A DNA stretch of 44,052 bases, counting the filler, from Jimgerdemannia flammicorona (taxonomy: Eukaryota): assembly GCA_003990765.1 (NCBI GenBank). It is 2 parts of 2 records of this genome, joined end to end, with 100 filler letters (N's around TTAATTAATTAA, not from the genome) between each part and the next. Parts side by side here need not be neighbours in the genome. Positions count along the whole stretch, not along the records: positions 22,080 to 44,052 come from RBNJ01001355.1; 1 more part is not named here. One strand, written 5' to 3'. The translations under genes were made by a program, and so were the position numbers. The first letter of the stretch is position 1. Each line of letters starts with the position of its first letter. Below, piece by piece: positions 24,479 through 36,063 of the stretch. The notes under the pieces are model-generated. The model saw only the letters and a list, made by a program, of their open reading frames with translations. It had not been told where the DNA came from and did no database searches.

Positions 24479-24804
24479 CTCGAATTCCATTCCTTGTTTC
24501 AACTCTTTGAGTGCGAAATGCGTCATGGGCTCCCGTTGGCAACAGTTCCTTTTCACCATAAAGTGGATATTGGTAAATTTTTCGGCGGGAAACCAGACGA
24601 GGTAGTCAACGAGTTGCGGTACGCCGAGCTGAGAGAGATGAGCGCGAAGGGTTTGGCGCGGATCTGGGAGCTGGTGGATAATTGCTGCTACCGAGTCACT
24701 GAGGTTTTCCCGCGCGAGTAAGAAAGAAAGACGTTGAGCTTTGGATACTTCCAGTTGTGCGAGGCCATGTCAAGCGATAGGAGGGGTGGTCGGGTGGAAG
24801 TCAT
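24479..24804 (-). pseudogene. 5' exon relic of a tyrosine-kinase-like kinase, paralog of 43147-43518
   Basis: LGVPQLVDYLVWFPAEKFTNI...FALKELKQGMEFE followed by a GTACGT donor. The Gly-rich loop is deleted and there are frameshifts. TATATAAA at ~24835. Confidence 0.8.
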
Positions 24805-25579
24805 GGAGAGTGGCAACTTACATGATTTATATACGGTCTGAGGAGATCCAAGCTTGTGCCGGAATTGGAAGCTTGCGAATCAACGTGGTATGAACACATC
24901 TTGTAAAGATCGCGATTTTACGTGAGCGGTCGGTAGAGAAATCGTTTCCAAACAATTCAATTGGAGCACGTGACAAGGGTGGCTCAGTTCGGGCCTCGGG
25001 AGCAAACATGTCCTTCACTATGGACAGTGGGGGTGGCGTGGTAAGAAGGTGTTGACATTAGGAGGTGGCAGGCGGAGGTTTGGGTTGAACCTAATCGGGG
25101 TGACAAATCGAGGTTTTTAAAATTAATTATATATATTTGTAATTTGCGGTGACGGGACGCCTGCGACAGTCCGCTTTTGCGAGCGGAGCGCCAAAACCGG
25201 TTTCATGCGCGACAAACGTTTTGAACTAGGGTTCCGCTGGATGGGGGTCGTCGGTGATGGCTTCCGTTTGCGCTGGCAGCATTTAATACTCACAGAATTA
25301 GCCGTGCGATGCCTTGTGGAAATTTTTCTGCTTAAAAGCAACAATGAGACAGGCTATTTAATGCGTCAACAGGTGATGTTGGCCATTGTCACAAGGTATA
25401 TATTTAAACTCAGTACATTTGGAATACATACAAAGCGATCAGTGGAGATTGACAGAGTATAGAATCGTGTCCAACGTTATCAAAAATAGATACGATCGGC
25501 GTTTTTATTTTTTTTTAACAGTACAAAGAATTGATCGTAATACTAAGAACAATGGTACAAATAATAAAAAAATGTCTGT

Positions 25580-26101
25580 CTATTCGAATTCGTGAAACTG
25601 AAGCTGAAAGCGAATCAAGCGCATGTCGGGGTCTCTCGAAGGCCAGTACACAGAGGGATTCGCTTTTGTAATGATGTGTTCCACACTGAGCTGGCCCCTA
25701 TTTACCCTTGTCACGAGATCCACTTGGAATTTTTCAAACTCCTCCTCCGTCTGGTCAAAGCGCTCCTCGACGAAGTCCCAGAAGGTTACCCAGTTCATGC
25801 GGTCGCAGGCTTTACGCTCCGCGGATTTGAGCTTCTTCAGCATCTTTTCGCGATTCTTGCTATCCGCAAGGCTCTTTGCCGTGACCGTCACCAACTTCCC
25901 CGGTTCTGAGTTCCGGAATCGCAAGTCAAGCACCACGAAGCTGCCCCAGCGTTTTCTGTTCTTCACCAGGATGCGGTCGTGGATTATCTGGATGAAGCGC
26001 ACTATGAGCGCACTGTACACCTCCATCATAGGGCTAAGGCGGGACACCTCATCTTCAGGAGGTGCGCGGGACCGACGGTGACGAGAGAATATGTTACCCA
26101 T
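25580..26101 (-). CDS. Intact intronless 173-aa hypothetical protein with a predicted N-myristoylation motif (MGNIFS) and a polybasic patch
   Basis: Open frame in CpG-rich DNA, TATATAAA ~90 bp upstream, AT-rich 3' flank, and a paralog at 23460-23804 with conservative substitutions. I recognise no domain. Confidence 0.78.
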   Translation of the reverse strand: MGNIFSRHRRSRAPPEDEVSRLSPMMEVYSALIVRFIQIIHDRILVKNRKRWGSFVVLDLRFRNSEPGKLVTVTAKSLADSKNREKMLKKLKSAERKACDRMNWVTFWDFVEERFDQTEEEFEKFQVDLVTRVNRGQLSVEHIITKANPSVYWPSRDPDMRLIRFQLQFHEFE

Positions 26102-26529
26102 ATTGTGAGTAGGCTGGGTTGGAGAAAGGCGTTGGAGTTTTGTATTTGGAAATAGGGCCCAACAAAGATAAGACAACCATGAGGTCCCTTTATATAGCGT
26201 GGGGCACGTCCACCGATATGGTCGTGGCTTGGCACAAGTCCCTATTGACGCATCCTAATCGAACGTTGTGGGACGATGACGTTGAACGCTGGCTCTACGC
26301 AAGCTGAAACATACTCTCGAAGACTTATGCGGCGTCCCTACGTAATCATAATAATAGTTAGAACGATGGGAAAGGGCTGTATAAATAGTGGATGTTCGGA
26401 AGATTTGAACTATTGGAATCTGCGTGCGTCCGCAAGAAACGAGGTATCCAAAATAATAGGTCGTTATTCAGGCTCACCTGGTTGCTCTAAGACGTTTTAT
26501 AGCAAAAACGTCACCATAGATCCTTTATT

Positions 26530-27139
26530 AGCAGTCAATTTTGACTCGGCGGCAATCTCGTTCCCGGTCATGCGATTTCATTCCCGAGGCGCAGATTTCG
26601 CCATGTTCACATGATATAATCGAATGGAGGACGACAGAATCGTGAGCTTACATCTGGCATATCCACATTCTGGCCAGTTCACAAGATAAATCGAATGGAA
26701 GGCGAACAGAATCGTGAACTTACATCAGACATACCCATATTCTCGCTCTCCTTGCCGATTTCGCCCCCCCCCCGAGCTCTTCGATCACAGGACACAACTC
26801 CTGCGTCTGACGTCTACAGCCTTGCAACCTCGCTCTGGCAGCTCGTCACGGGGTGCCACCATGGGATATCGCGTCCGTCGCCGTCGTGAAGAACCCAGAT
26901 CGATTGCGTGAGAGCGTGATCCCCGAGGCGCCAGCGGAGTTTGAGGCGATGCTGAGAGAGTGCTGGCGTGAAGATCCTGCGCAGCGGCCGTACATGTGGC
27001 AGGTTTATCATCAGTTGACATGTTGACGTGGTTCCTTCAAGATCCGTTTTTGGCGCGTCTGATCAGTCATTCGGAGAATGTGACGTCTCAATCTATTATT
27101 CTCACCACCAACTCCAGCAACTGCAAAAATTAAAATAAA
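26530..27139 (+). pseudogene. C-lobe and tail relics of tyrosine-kinase-like kinases
   Basis: PPEL...TPASDVYSLATSLWQLVTG...APAEFEAMLRECWREDPAQRPYMWQVYHQL matches 42237-42690 in inverted orientation. It is preceded by duplicated tail motifs (..QNRELTS..). Confidence 0.82.
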
Positions 27140-27156
27140 GTCGGTCACAATGATCG

Positions 27157-27174
27157 ATATATATATATATATAT
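27157..27174. repeat. (AT)n microsatellite at the element B insertion site
   Basis: ATATATATATATATATAT directly before the LTR TG; ATATAT also follows the other LTR at 41365. Confidence 0.9.
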
Positions 27175-28753
27175 TGTCACATAGTGGTCGCTGAGTCCTT
27201 CAAATACATCAGATTCTCTTCAAGGTGTATCTCTTAGACTAACTCAAGTTTGTTATAAGCAAGTTCTTATTGGAGTGCCTTCCCAAGATCTTATAGTCCT
27301 CAAACTTCTTATCTTTAAACTATCTTGTTATCTCTTTAGATTGCTTGCAAGGAATTGTGTGTATTGCACTGAGAGGAACTGACTTTATTTCAGAGGAAAT
27401 AAGAGGGGTATTTATACAAAATATAATTCAATAGTTGCTAAGATATAAAGCTAAATATAAATTCCAATAACTAAAATAAAATGCCAGGACATGGAAAACT
27501 GCTAAGTTCCAGTGTCAACACTGATGGTTGCATAGGTTCAGGATGCTGATATAATTTTGGTGGTATAGGAAAATGGTGCTGAAATAATTCTGAGTCACAT
27601 CAGAATACTGGTGGAGGAATAGCTGTTATATAGGAAAATAGTGCTAGCATAATTCAGTGTAACCAAGGGACTTAGAGCAGAATGTTTAAGACCATAGAGA
27701 CTTCATCCTCATCAGAGGTCAGGATGTCTTTGAAGGAGATAAGGTCTGCAAATGTTTCATCTATCTCATTGTCATCATATAGGTTACACATTTTACTTAT
27801 ATCATACAGGATGATGTCATTGCCAATAACATTATTATATTTGGTGGAGAAATCAGGGGCTCTCCAATCTATAAGGTTCTCTTCCATGAAATAGGGGACA
27901 AATATAGGGTCTTGGAGAGGTCTAACCTGGATGCTTGGGCCTTGGAATACTGAGATCAATCCTTGAAGAAATTGGTCTAGGTTGTCCTGGAGGATGGGAT
28001 GCCAGAAGTCTTCTACTTCATCACTATTGAGAGTGATAGTGGACTAGGCTTCTATAGCCACTCTGGCTTCTAGTGCATTGATACAGTGGGCTGACAGATC
28101 TCTGAAGTCTGAGACTCTAACATACTCTAAGTTGAGAATTGGCTATGATGTATGCCTAAAGATCTGATGGATCTTCTTAGCTATTCTTGTTTCACATATA
28201 TCTATGAAAGTGGTATCTTATAACTCTTAAGGACTGGCCTGTGGGAACTCCTGGCAGAGGAGGTTTCTTATTTTGTACTCCTGCTATATTTGGAGGTATT
28301 CAGTAGTAATGGTGATCCTTTTTTCTATTTCACAGCAGTAGAGAATATAGTGATAAGAGTCACTAGTGTCCAGGTTGATACTAGGAGTCCTTTTTATATA
28401 GGTCCTCATAGCTCTTCTGATATCTTGGAACATCCTTTCTTCAACTGAGGTACCTTGGTAGTTCCTTGATCTTGAGGTTTGGCAAGCAGCAGGCATTTCA
28501 TTTGTGGTAAGTCTTTGAGCTATTTTGGGATTAGTGGGTCTTATTAAGTTGCTGCTACTGTGGTTCCTTGATCCTTCTTTTATATTTCTCAAGATATCTA
28601 AACTGTAGTCACAATGACTCACAGTTGGTCATCATTACTCATCTCATAGCCTGAGTGAGTCATGCCATATGATCTTCCTGTACTCCAATCTGATGGCTTA
28701 CAAGAGATTGCTGTCTCCTGTGCTGATGTTATCATTCTGAGGTCATTATTACA
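27175..28753 (-). repeat. 3' LTR of element B (1579 bp)
   Basis: Direct repeat of 39831-41364 with one ~45-bp indel near 27580-27620; abuts the PPT. Confidence 0.94.
27672..28622 (-). pseudogene. Decayed ~317-codon ORF of unknown function inside the 3' LTR
   Basis: ORF-track pieces 28284-28622 and 27672-27959 are in one frame. The stops are sense codons or different transition products in the other LTR. Confidence 0.65.
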
Positions 28754-28763
28754 TCTTTCTCCT
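28754..28763 (-). promoter_or_regulatory. Polypurine tract of element B
   Basis: Minus strand AGGAGAAAGA directly before TGTAA of the 3' LTR. Confidence 0.8.
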
Positions 28764-29189
28764 GAATAAGGATCTTCTTGAATATTCTTATTCATTGGTC
28801 TAGTCCTGAAAAATTTGCTGATTCTATAACCTCTAGCAAGAGGTTAAAAAGTGGTATTTATAAGCTGATATCTTCCCTATATATTTTGGTGTGATGGTGA
28901 AGGATTACTCCCTTTATATATGTAGAGCAAGAACCTGATTCTGATCTTGACTAATCAGTTGATAATTTGAACTCCTCTGACTTTGAAAGTCTCATGGATG
29001 AGTAGTTTCTGGTACCATATCTCTTAGAGAATGGTCCAGACAGATAGCCTGCTGATCACAAGATATGCTGTTATGATTTGTGGACTAGAACCTCATAGGT
29101 AGTCATCACATTTTGCTTCTCTTATATAGGTTTATAGTACTTCTTGAGTCTATTCCTGTGTACTGTGGTAGGCAGTATGGTCCCTGAGA

Positions 29190-31746
29190 TTTTTCTAAGC
29201 CAGAAAGTAGTTCTCTTAATATCTTACATATAGAAGGGTCCTTCCCATTTGGGCTCCAGTTTTTACAACTATAAGGCTTCTACTATATTTCAATACAGTA
29301 GGACCTTTTCTCCAATTTGGATGGGTTCTAGGGTCTTGTGATTCTTTTCTACATTCTTTCTTGTCAGCACTTGTGACTTAATAATATAATCTTTAGTCTT
29401 CTTCCTGATTTGGTATAGTCTCCAGATTTCTGCATTGACCTGTCTCCAAGTTAGGTCTAGATTTGTGGCTGAGATTCCATCAGAATCTTCTTCTCTAAAG
29501 AGCAGTTCTCTTGGGGTAAAGTGTGTACTCTGTGACTATATATCTTATAGGACAGAGAGGGTAGTTGGGAGGTAGTTATCCCAATTCTCATATGTCTTTA
29601 AGATTTTTGCCAGGATGTTCTTGAGGGTCTTGTTGGTTCTTTCTATCTATCCATTTCCTTGAGGGTGGTACACAGTGGTCTTGATGTGTTAAATTGTATT
29701 TCTGATATATTATCTCATGAAATCTATTGACAAATTCTGTGCTGCAGTCTGTGGTGATTTGCCTTGGTATCTTATAGTGGCAGATGATTTCTTAGTATAG
29801 GAAGTTGGCTATAGAGAGGGCATTGGCTTCTTATAATGCTCTTGCTTCTATCTATTTGGTAAAGAGGTCTATAATAACTATAATATAGTGGTTTCCTGAT
29901 ATTGTTATTAGTAGTGGCTCAATGATATCCATTGTGATATAGTGGAAGAGGATAGACTCAATTCTTAAAGACCCAGATGCCTGGTCTTGCTGATATTATT
30001 TCTGTTTTTAGCACTTGTCATACCCTTTGATAAATTGATACAGGTCTTCTTCTATCTTAGGCCACCAAATGGTTCTTCTTATCTTTTTATATGTATTGGT
30101 TCCTCCTAGGTATCCTTGCTCATATACTTCCTTTATTACTTGATACTTCTTGTATTCAGATATTATTAGCTTTTCTTTTTTTCTAAGTATAGTGTTGTCT
30201 AGTTCAAACTATTTCCAAGTCTAGTTTATAATAGTGATTATTCAGGGTTTAAGGTAGTTGGGCATCTTCTGCTACTCAAGATAGCTGATTAATCTATAGT
30301 ATAACTCCTTATTCATATTGAATAGTCTTGATGGGGGTGTTTCAGGGTGTCCTTGAGAGTACATCAGCATTGGTGTTGGTTCTTCCTGAGCAGTGCTTGA
30401 TAGTACAGTCATACTCTTGCAGCCTGTAGATCTATCTGACATATATTCCTTTAGGGTTCAGAGTGTGGAATAGTCAGACAAGAGTGGAGTGGTCTGTTTG
30501 AATGGTGAAGTATTTCTTAGCTAAGTAGTAGTGGAACTTGTCTACTGCCTAAACTACTGCTAAGCATTTGAGCTTGCATAACTTATAGTTCTATTCTGCT
30601 CTATGGATACCTTAGCTTGCATAGGAGATAATATATTTATGTCTATCTTTCTTCTGAGCTAGGACTGCTCCAAGTCCTATAGCACTTATATCTGTCTGCA
30701 AGATGAATTCTAGGTTCCAATCTGGTCTTCTGAGAATAGGTGCTTGGGTCAATCTGGTCTTGAGTTCATTGAAGGTTTCTTGATATTTCTTGGTCTATTC
30801 AAATTTGGTCTCCTTCTTCAGTAGCTCATAGATAGGTACTGTAATATTAGAGTATCCTTTAATTAATCTTCTGTAGTAGGAGGCCAGTCCAAGGAAGACA
30901 TAGACTTCTGTGGTTGTTCTGGGTCTTGGGTAGGCTGCAACAGCCTTGATCTTCATAGAGTCTGGGTGGATTCTAGTCTGATTGATGAGATATCCTAGGT
31001 AGATAATTTTCTGAGCTACAAACTTATATTTCTTGGGCTTGATGTAGAGGCCATGCTTCTTGAGCTTCTTGAGGGCTAGCTGTATGTGATTGATATATTC
31101 CCATGCAGTGTTGCTGAAGATGATCACATCATCAATATAGACAAAGAGCTATTTTCCAATCTCATTGCTAAAGACTCTGTTCATCATTTGCTGAAAACTT
31201 ACTGGGGCATTGTATATTCCAAATGGCATTCACAGGTAGATATAGATGACATCAGATGTGATGAAGACTGATTTCTCACTGGCATCTTGAGTGAGACCAA
31301 TCTGATGAAGCCTGAGAACAGATCCAAGGTGGTGTAGTATTTGGCTTTACTTCTAAGGGTGGTAAGGATTTCGAATATTTGGCAAGAGCTGCCTATCCTT
31401 CTTAGTGATTACATTGAGCTTCCTGTAGTCAATACAGAGTCTTGGCACAAACTCTCCAGGCTTGCTTCCTTTCTTTAAGGCAAGGACAATGAGTAAAGCC
31501 TAGAGACTGATAGCTTACTTGATGATTCCAGCTTCTTCCATTTCCTTGAGTTCTGCTTGCAGCCATTCTCTGTAGGTAGGTGGTATAGGTCTGACTTTCT
31601 GGTAGATGGGTTTGATGTCACTAGTATCAACTTCATGGTAGTACTTGGGTTCTTGATTGTAGATATCTCTGAAGTCTGTAGCCAGTACTCCTTCATTCTG
31701 ATATAGGATCTTGAGATGTTTTTCTTTTAGGGGAAAGTTTTTTCAT
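29190..31746 (-). pseudogene. Element B RT, RNase H and integrase
   Basis: Minus strand: RLCIDYRKLN, MPFGIYNAPVSFQ, VYIDDVIIF, YLG (RT); LQTDISAIGLG, TNTNADVLS (RH); IWWPK, YHPQGNG, LEPKWEGPF (IN). Confidence 0.9.
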
Positions 31747-32071
31747 ATAGTTGTGAATGTAGTTCAAAATACAGCAAAGTGGCTATTGTGCTTAACACTT
31801 GTATGTCTAACATTCATCGCGCAATGCAACTACCATCTTAGATTAGTCAGTTTCAATCGCTTCCTGCACCCTACCATGCACTTAAACATTCATGCAACAT
31901 AATCATGCAATCCACCATCTTAGATTAGTCAGTTTCAATTACTTTCTATACCCTACTTTAGCTAGTCTGAGCTCCAACCGCATGCCCAAGAGTTAGGCAG
32001 TGGCCATACATTTCCCTCAACATACTCTAGCAATTGTCATTAGTAATTTGTATTAATTGATTTCACGCACT
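31747..32071 (+). repeat. Ngaro repeat A1, with an internal ~50-bp duplication
   Basis: Matches 36207-36531. CCATCTTAGATTAGTCAGTTTCAAT occurs twice in each copy. Confidence 0.92.
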
Positions 32072-32087
32072 ATCTCTCAGATACATC

Positions 32088-33359
32088 ATGCCACCTATCC
32101 ATCGGTCTCAAGGCCTACTGTCTGGTCCCCCAGTTCCAGCACCTGGTGCCCTACATGTGCCCCCATCAATTCCCAACTTAACTGGCCTATGTATGTTGCG
32201 TAAGGACCAGCTCATCACACTCTGCCATGAACACAACCTCTCCATAAACAGTCAAAAGGCCACCCTGGTTACACATCTCGATGCTCATTGACCTGGCCCT
32301 GATTTCCCAGTTGCTGAACCTATGGCGCTGGCTCCAACACTGCTCCCTGATGGTTATAAAGTCAATGCATTGATCAAACGGCTACTTCCAGCACTCGCGG
32401 CATGTCTCCATGGACCTTAAGCCAACACCAACCCCCCTCTAGTCCTACCATCCAGCTTACTGCCAGCACTCCCTCTTTCAGCTGCCTTCACCTCTCCGGC
32501 AGTTCTCTCGCTTTTACTGCAGCCAACCCCATCGGCACCCTTATTAGCATGGTTTTCAAACCCTTTAAATGGTGAGTCATCTAACCCCCCATTCGTCTCT
32601 GATGCTGTTCTATGTCACGATTGGGTTCCATCAGAGCTGCTGACCTCACTTGAGACAGGGGAATACCAAATACTGGCCAAATGGACAGGCAACGCCTTGC
32701 TATCGCATCCGAGCAATCGGCGAAAACCTGATTCACATCTACCAGACTACAATCTCGACCTACCACTCTGGCTTGAAGCCATCTTCAACATTTGGAGTGC
32801 ATTGCTGTCTCTGGGCACTACTCGGGCTGTCCCCCACACTGCACATGCTGCACAGCTACTCACACATATCATCTTTATTATCAAGGCCATCAATGACTGT
32901 TATGACTGGGCTGCCCTTCAGCGGTTTGACTGGCAAGTTCGCACACTTAAAGCATCCTTTCCGGAGCTGGATATTGGCAACCCAGATGCTGTTCGGCGCA
33001 CGTTTGAAACCATCGTTGGCCAGCCAGCATCAGCACCACTTGCCTACCAACTAACACGTCGGCCCATATAGGCAACGGCCTCCTCAACAGGAAGTCCCAG
33101 AATGACCTCATCACACCCCCTTTTATGCTTTCGGTGCAGGGTGCAGGGGCACGCATCGACCTCTTGCACCCAAACCCCTCTCACGTGACCTACATTCCCC
33201 ATTAAACTGGATGATACTCTCTCCTCAGATGGTGCAGCCAGTTCTATCTGTCACAACTACAATGGCTCTGGCTGCCACAGCAATTGTGGCTGCCCCCATA
33301 TCTGCTTGTTCTGCTATGGCTCTTACCCAGACACAGAGTGCTCTATTTGCCATGGCTAA
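32088..33359 (+). pseudogene. Ngaro ORF1 (gag-like) with an N-terminal SAP-like motif and C-terminal zinc fingers
   Basis: One frame with 4 transition-derived stops: LRKDQLITLCHEHNLSINSQKATLVTHL; VPSELLTSLETGEY; CFRCRVQGHASTSC; ICHNYNGSGC..CG.PHICLFC....PDTEC. Confidence 0.82.
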
Positions 33360-35073
33360 TCTTGTGACCCCACCCCCATCTGACCCCCCAGCATGTCCAT
33401 ACCACCTTGGGGAGTGGCAATGAGCACTTCACACCCATCCAGACCAACTTCTCATTCAGTACCACTTAACAGGCCTATGTCAGGGTTACCTTCATGGCAA
33501 TCACTCCTATCCTGAGCTTTGTATCGACTACATATCTGACAATCTGGCATCAGCTTACCAATATTGCGACATCCTTTCTGCCAACATTCTTGCCAAACTT
33601 CAAGCCGGTCACTACTTAGGACCCTTTTCATCTCCCTCTGCATTACTAACTGAGTTTCGTCCCTTTCGCAATACTCCCCTAAGAGTTGTCCCAAAAAAGA
33701 ACTCTACCAAACTTTGCACCATTCAACACCTGTCCTTCCCAGAGAGAGCCTCTGTAAATGATGGCATCAACCCAGAGGAGTTTTTAATTCAGTACCAGTC
33801 AATCCAGTCCATCCTCCAGCTACTCCTCACACTTGGTGCCACAGCTCTATTTTGGAAGGCAGATGTTGCTAAAGCCTTTCGCATGATCCCCATCCACTGG
33901 TCTGACTGAGCTATGCAAGGCATCTGCTGGCTTGGCCTTTTCTTCCTTGACATGTTTCTTCCATTTGGCCTTCGCTCGGCACTATTCATATTCACATCTC
34001 TGATGGATTTGTTCATATGGATTTGCATTCAGTAGTATAATCTTCCCAATTTGGGCCACTTCATGGATGACTTTATCTATGTCGCATCACCCTCTACCAC
34101 TCAGTCTACATACTTGCAGTTTCACTCGGTTGCTGCTCGCTTTGGTCTTCCCCTCAAAGCAGCCAAGGATATATCTCCCACACTAACTATCGAGTACATG
34201 GGCTTTCTCCTTGATGCCCCCAACATGACAATCAGCCTCCCACTCGAAAAACATACATGCATCCTCTCTCTGCTCACAGACTGGCTTGTAATACCTCATC
34301 AGACTCATCAGCCATGTCCTTGGTCTTACTACAATGCTCATTCACTACTGGGTCATCTCATGCATATTGTCCAAGTTCTTCCAGATGGGAAAGTATTCTG
34401 TGATTCCATCATTTGTTTCATCTCTGCATGGAAACCACCCTATGCTAGGCAGCATCATCTATCTTCTTACCTGGCCACTGATCTTCAATGGTGGCAGGAC
34501 ATCTTACACTCATGGACAGGTCATCGCCTGCTTTTCCACTCTGATTGGCAGGATTGTGGTCTATTCACAGATGCATCTGGAACAATTGGCACTAGCGGCC
34601 TTCTGGGCCAATGCTGGTGGAGTATTCAGTGGGCCTCTTCATTTAGCAACCAGAAGGGATATGACATTTTCTGGAAGGAAATGTTCACCATCTGGGTTTC
34701 GCTTGCATTGTGGGGTTCCTCCTTTCATCATCAGCATATCATCTTATAGTGCAATAGCCAACCCTATGTTGAATTACTAACCAGTGGTCAGGCATGGTAC
34801 CACCCTCTCATCAATGATCTTTTACGATGCATTACCCTCTTATATCTCAACAGAGGGTTTGACATCCAAGCTCAGTATATTCCTTCCTCATCTAACCCTG
34901 CTGACTCCCTATCTCATCTTATCCATCTCCCATCCCATCCCCAGGAACTGCTTCCTATAACCGTAATATCCCCCTTTGGCTTCGCCATCGACTCAAGTCC
35001 TGTCTCTACCAACACTCTCACACCTGCACTGGTGCCCTTCAACCTGGCACCAACTCCTTCTACCGCTTCCTAG
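33352..35073 (+). pseudogene. Ngaro ORF2: reverse transcriptase and RNase H
   Basis: HPD...GL..G, GPF, IQHLSFP..SVNDGI, WKADVAKAFRMIPI, LPFGLRSA, FMDDF, EYMG, FTDASG, NPADSLS. Confidence 0.9.
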
Positions 35074-36029
35074 GCTGCTATGGCATCGATGATACCACTG
35101 CCTTTCCTCTTCACGATGACCTCCTCAGCTACTGGGCCCTATGGCTGGCCAATGATCAAAAGCCATATACCACCATCAAGAACTATTTCTATGATATTGC
35201 CACTCATCAACTGGCCCACTGGCAAGGCCCCCCTCTCTACCACGCATCCTTATCTCTGTTTGACATGGTATTGAAATCCATTCAGCGCCACCCACCCCCC
35301 TCACACTCACTGGAATGCCTTCCTATTACTTGCCAACACTTGCAGCTTATTCATACTGCTCTCCCCCTTACTACACCTCATGGTGCCACCATATGGGTGG
35401 CCATGTATACAGCCTTTTATGGCCTCATGTGAATCAGTGAGCTGACATCTCCTGACTACCTACCATTCGACTCACACTGGCAGGTATGCAGGCGCCACCT
35501 TCAACGGCACTGGGACCCTACACTTTCCCGGCCCTTTTGCTTTTGGTCTCTACACCTCCCTCGCACCAAAACTGGTACCTCAGGTGATATATTTCTGGAG
35601 TTTTCAGGTGCCTTTGATTGTCCCTGTTCTGTGATTGACAATATGATCTGCCTCTGCCCTGCCCATCCTGAGGACCCCATCTTCTCCTTCAGTCCCACTC
35701 AACCCCTCTCTTGCTCAACATTCATCAAGACCATTTGGGCCCCTTTAAGAGACACTCCACTAGCCACTGGAATTTATGGTCATTCCTTCTGCATCGGCGG
35801 TGCTACTCTTCTTGCATCAGCGGGATATCCAGATCACATCATTCAACTGGCTGGTCAGTGGAAGTCTATGGCCTTTCTGCATTACATCTGGCAACTCGAC
35901 CAGATTCTACCTTGGACAACAGTCACCTTGGCCACACTTCCTCTACTCAACTATCAGTGGGCCATGGGTTTGGTGGGTAGTGGCCAAAAGGTGCCCACAA
36001 GTGGTCAGCGGCACCAGCATTACATTTAG
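34970..36029 (+). pseudogene. Ngaro ORF3: tyrosine recombinase
   Basis: TIKNY, LPIT, AFYGLM*ISEL (catalytic R now TGA), PRTKT, CP, GHSFCIGGAT (HSFR), GQWKSMAFLHYI (GRW.S...Y). The start is approximate. Confidence 0.9.
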
Positions 36030-36063
36030 GAGCCTTGCCCACTTCCCAGGCCTGCAGTTCTTT

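Noticed and set aside
25580..26176. 198-aa version of the orphan ORF with an N-terminal extension
   Set aside because: It relies on a non-ATG start only ~15 nt from the TATA box. Similarity with the paralog begins at MGN.
32572..32658. Apparent spliceosomal intron in the Ngaro gag (GTGAGT...GCTGAC...ACAG)
   Set aside because: The stretch is open in frame and encodes VPSELLTSLETGEY, which resembles a conserved DIRS/Ngaro gag motif, so it is more likely coding.
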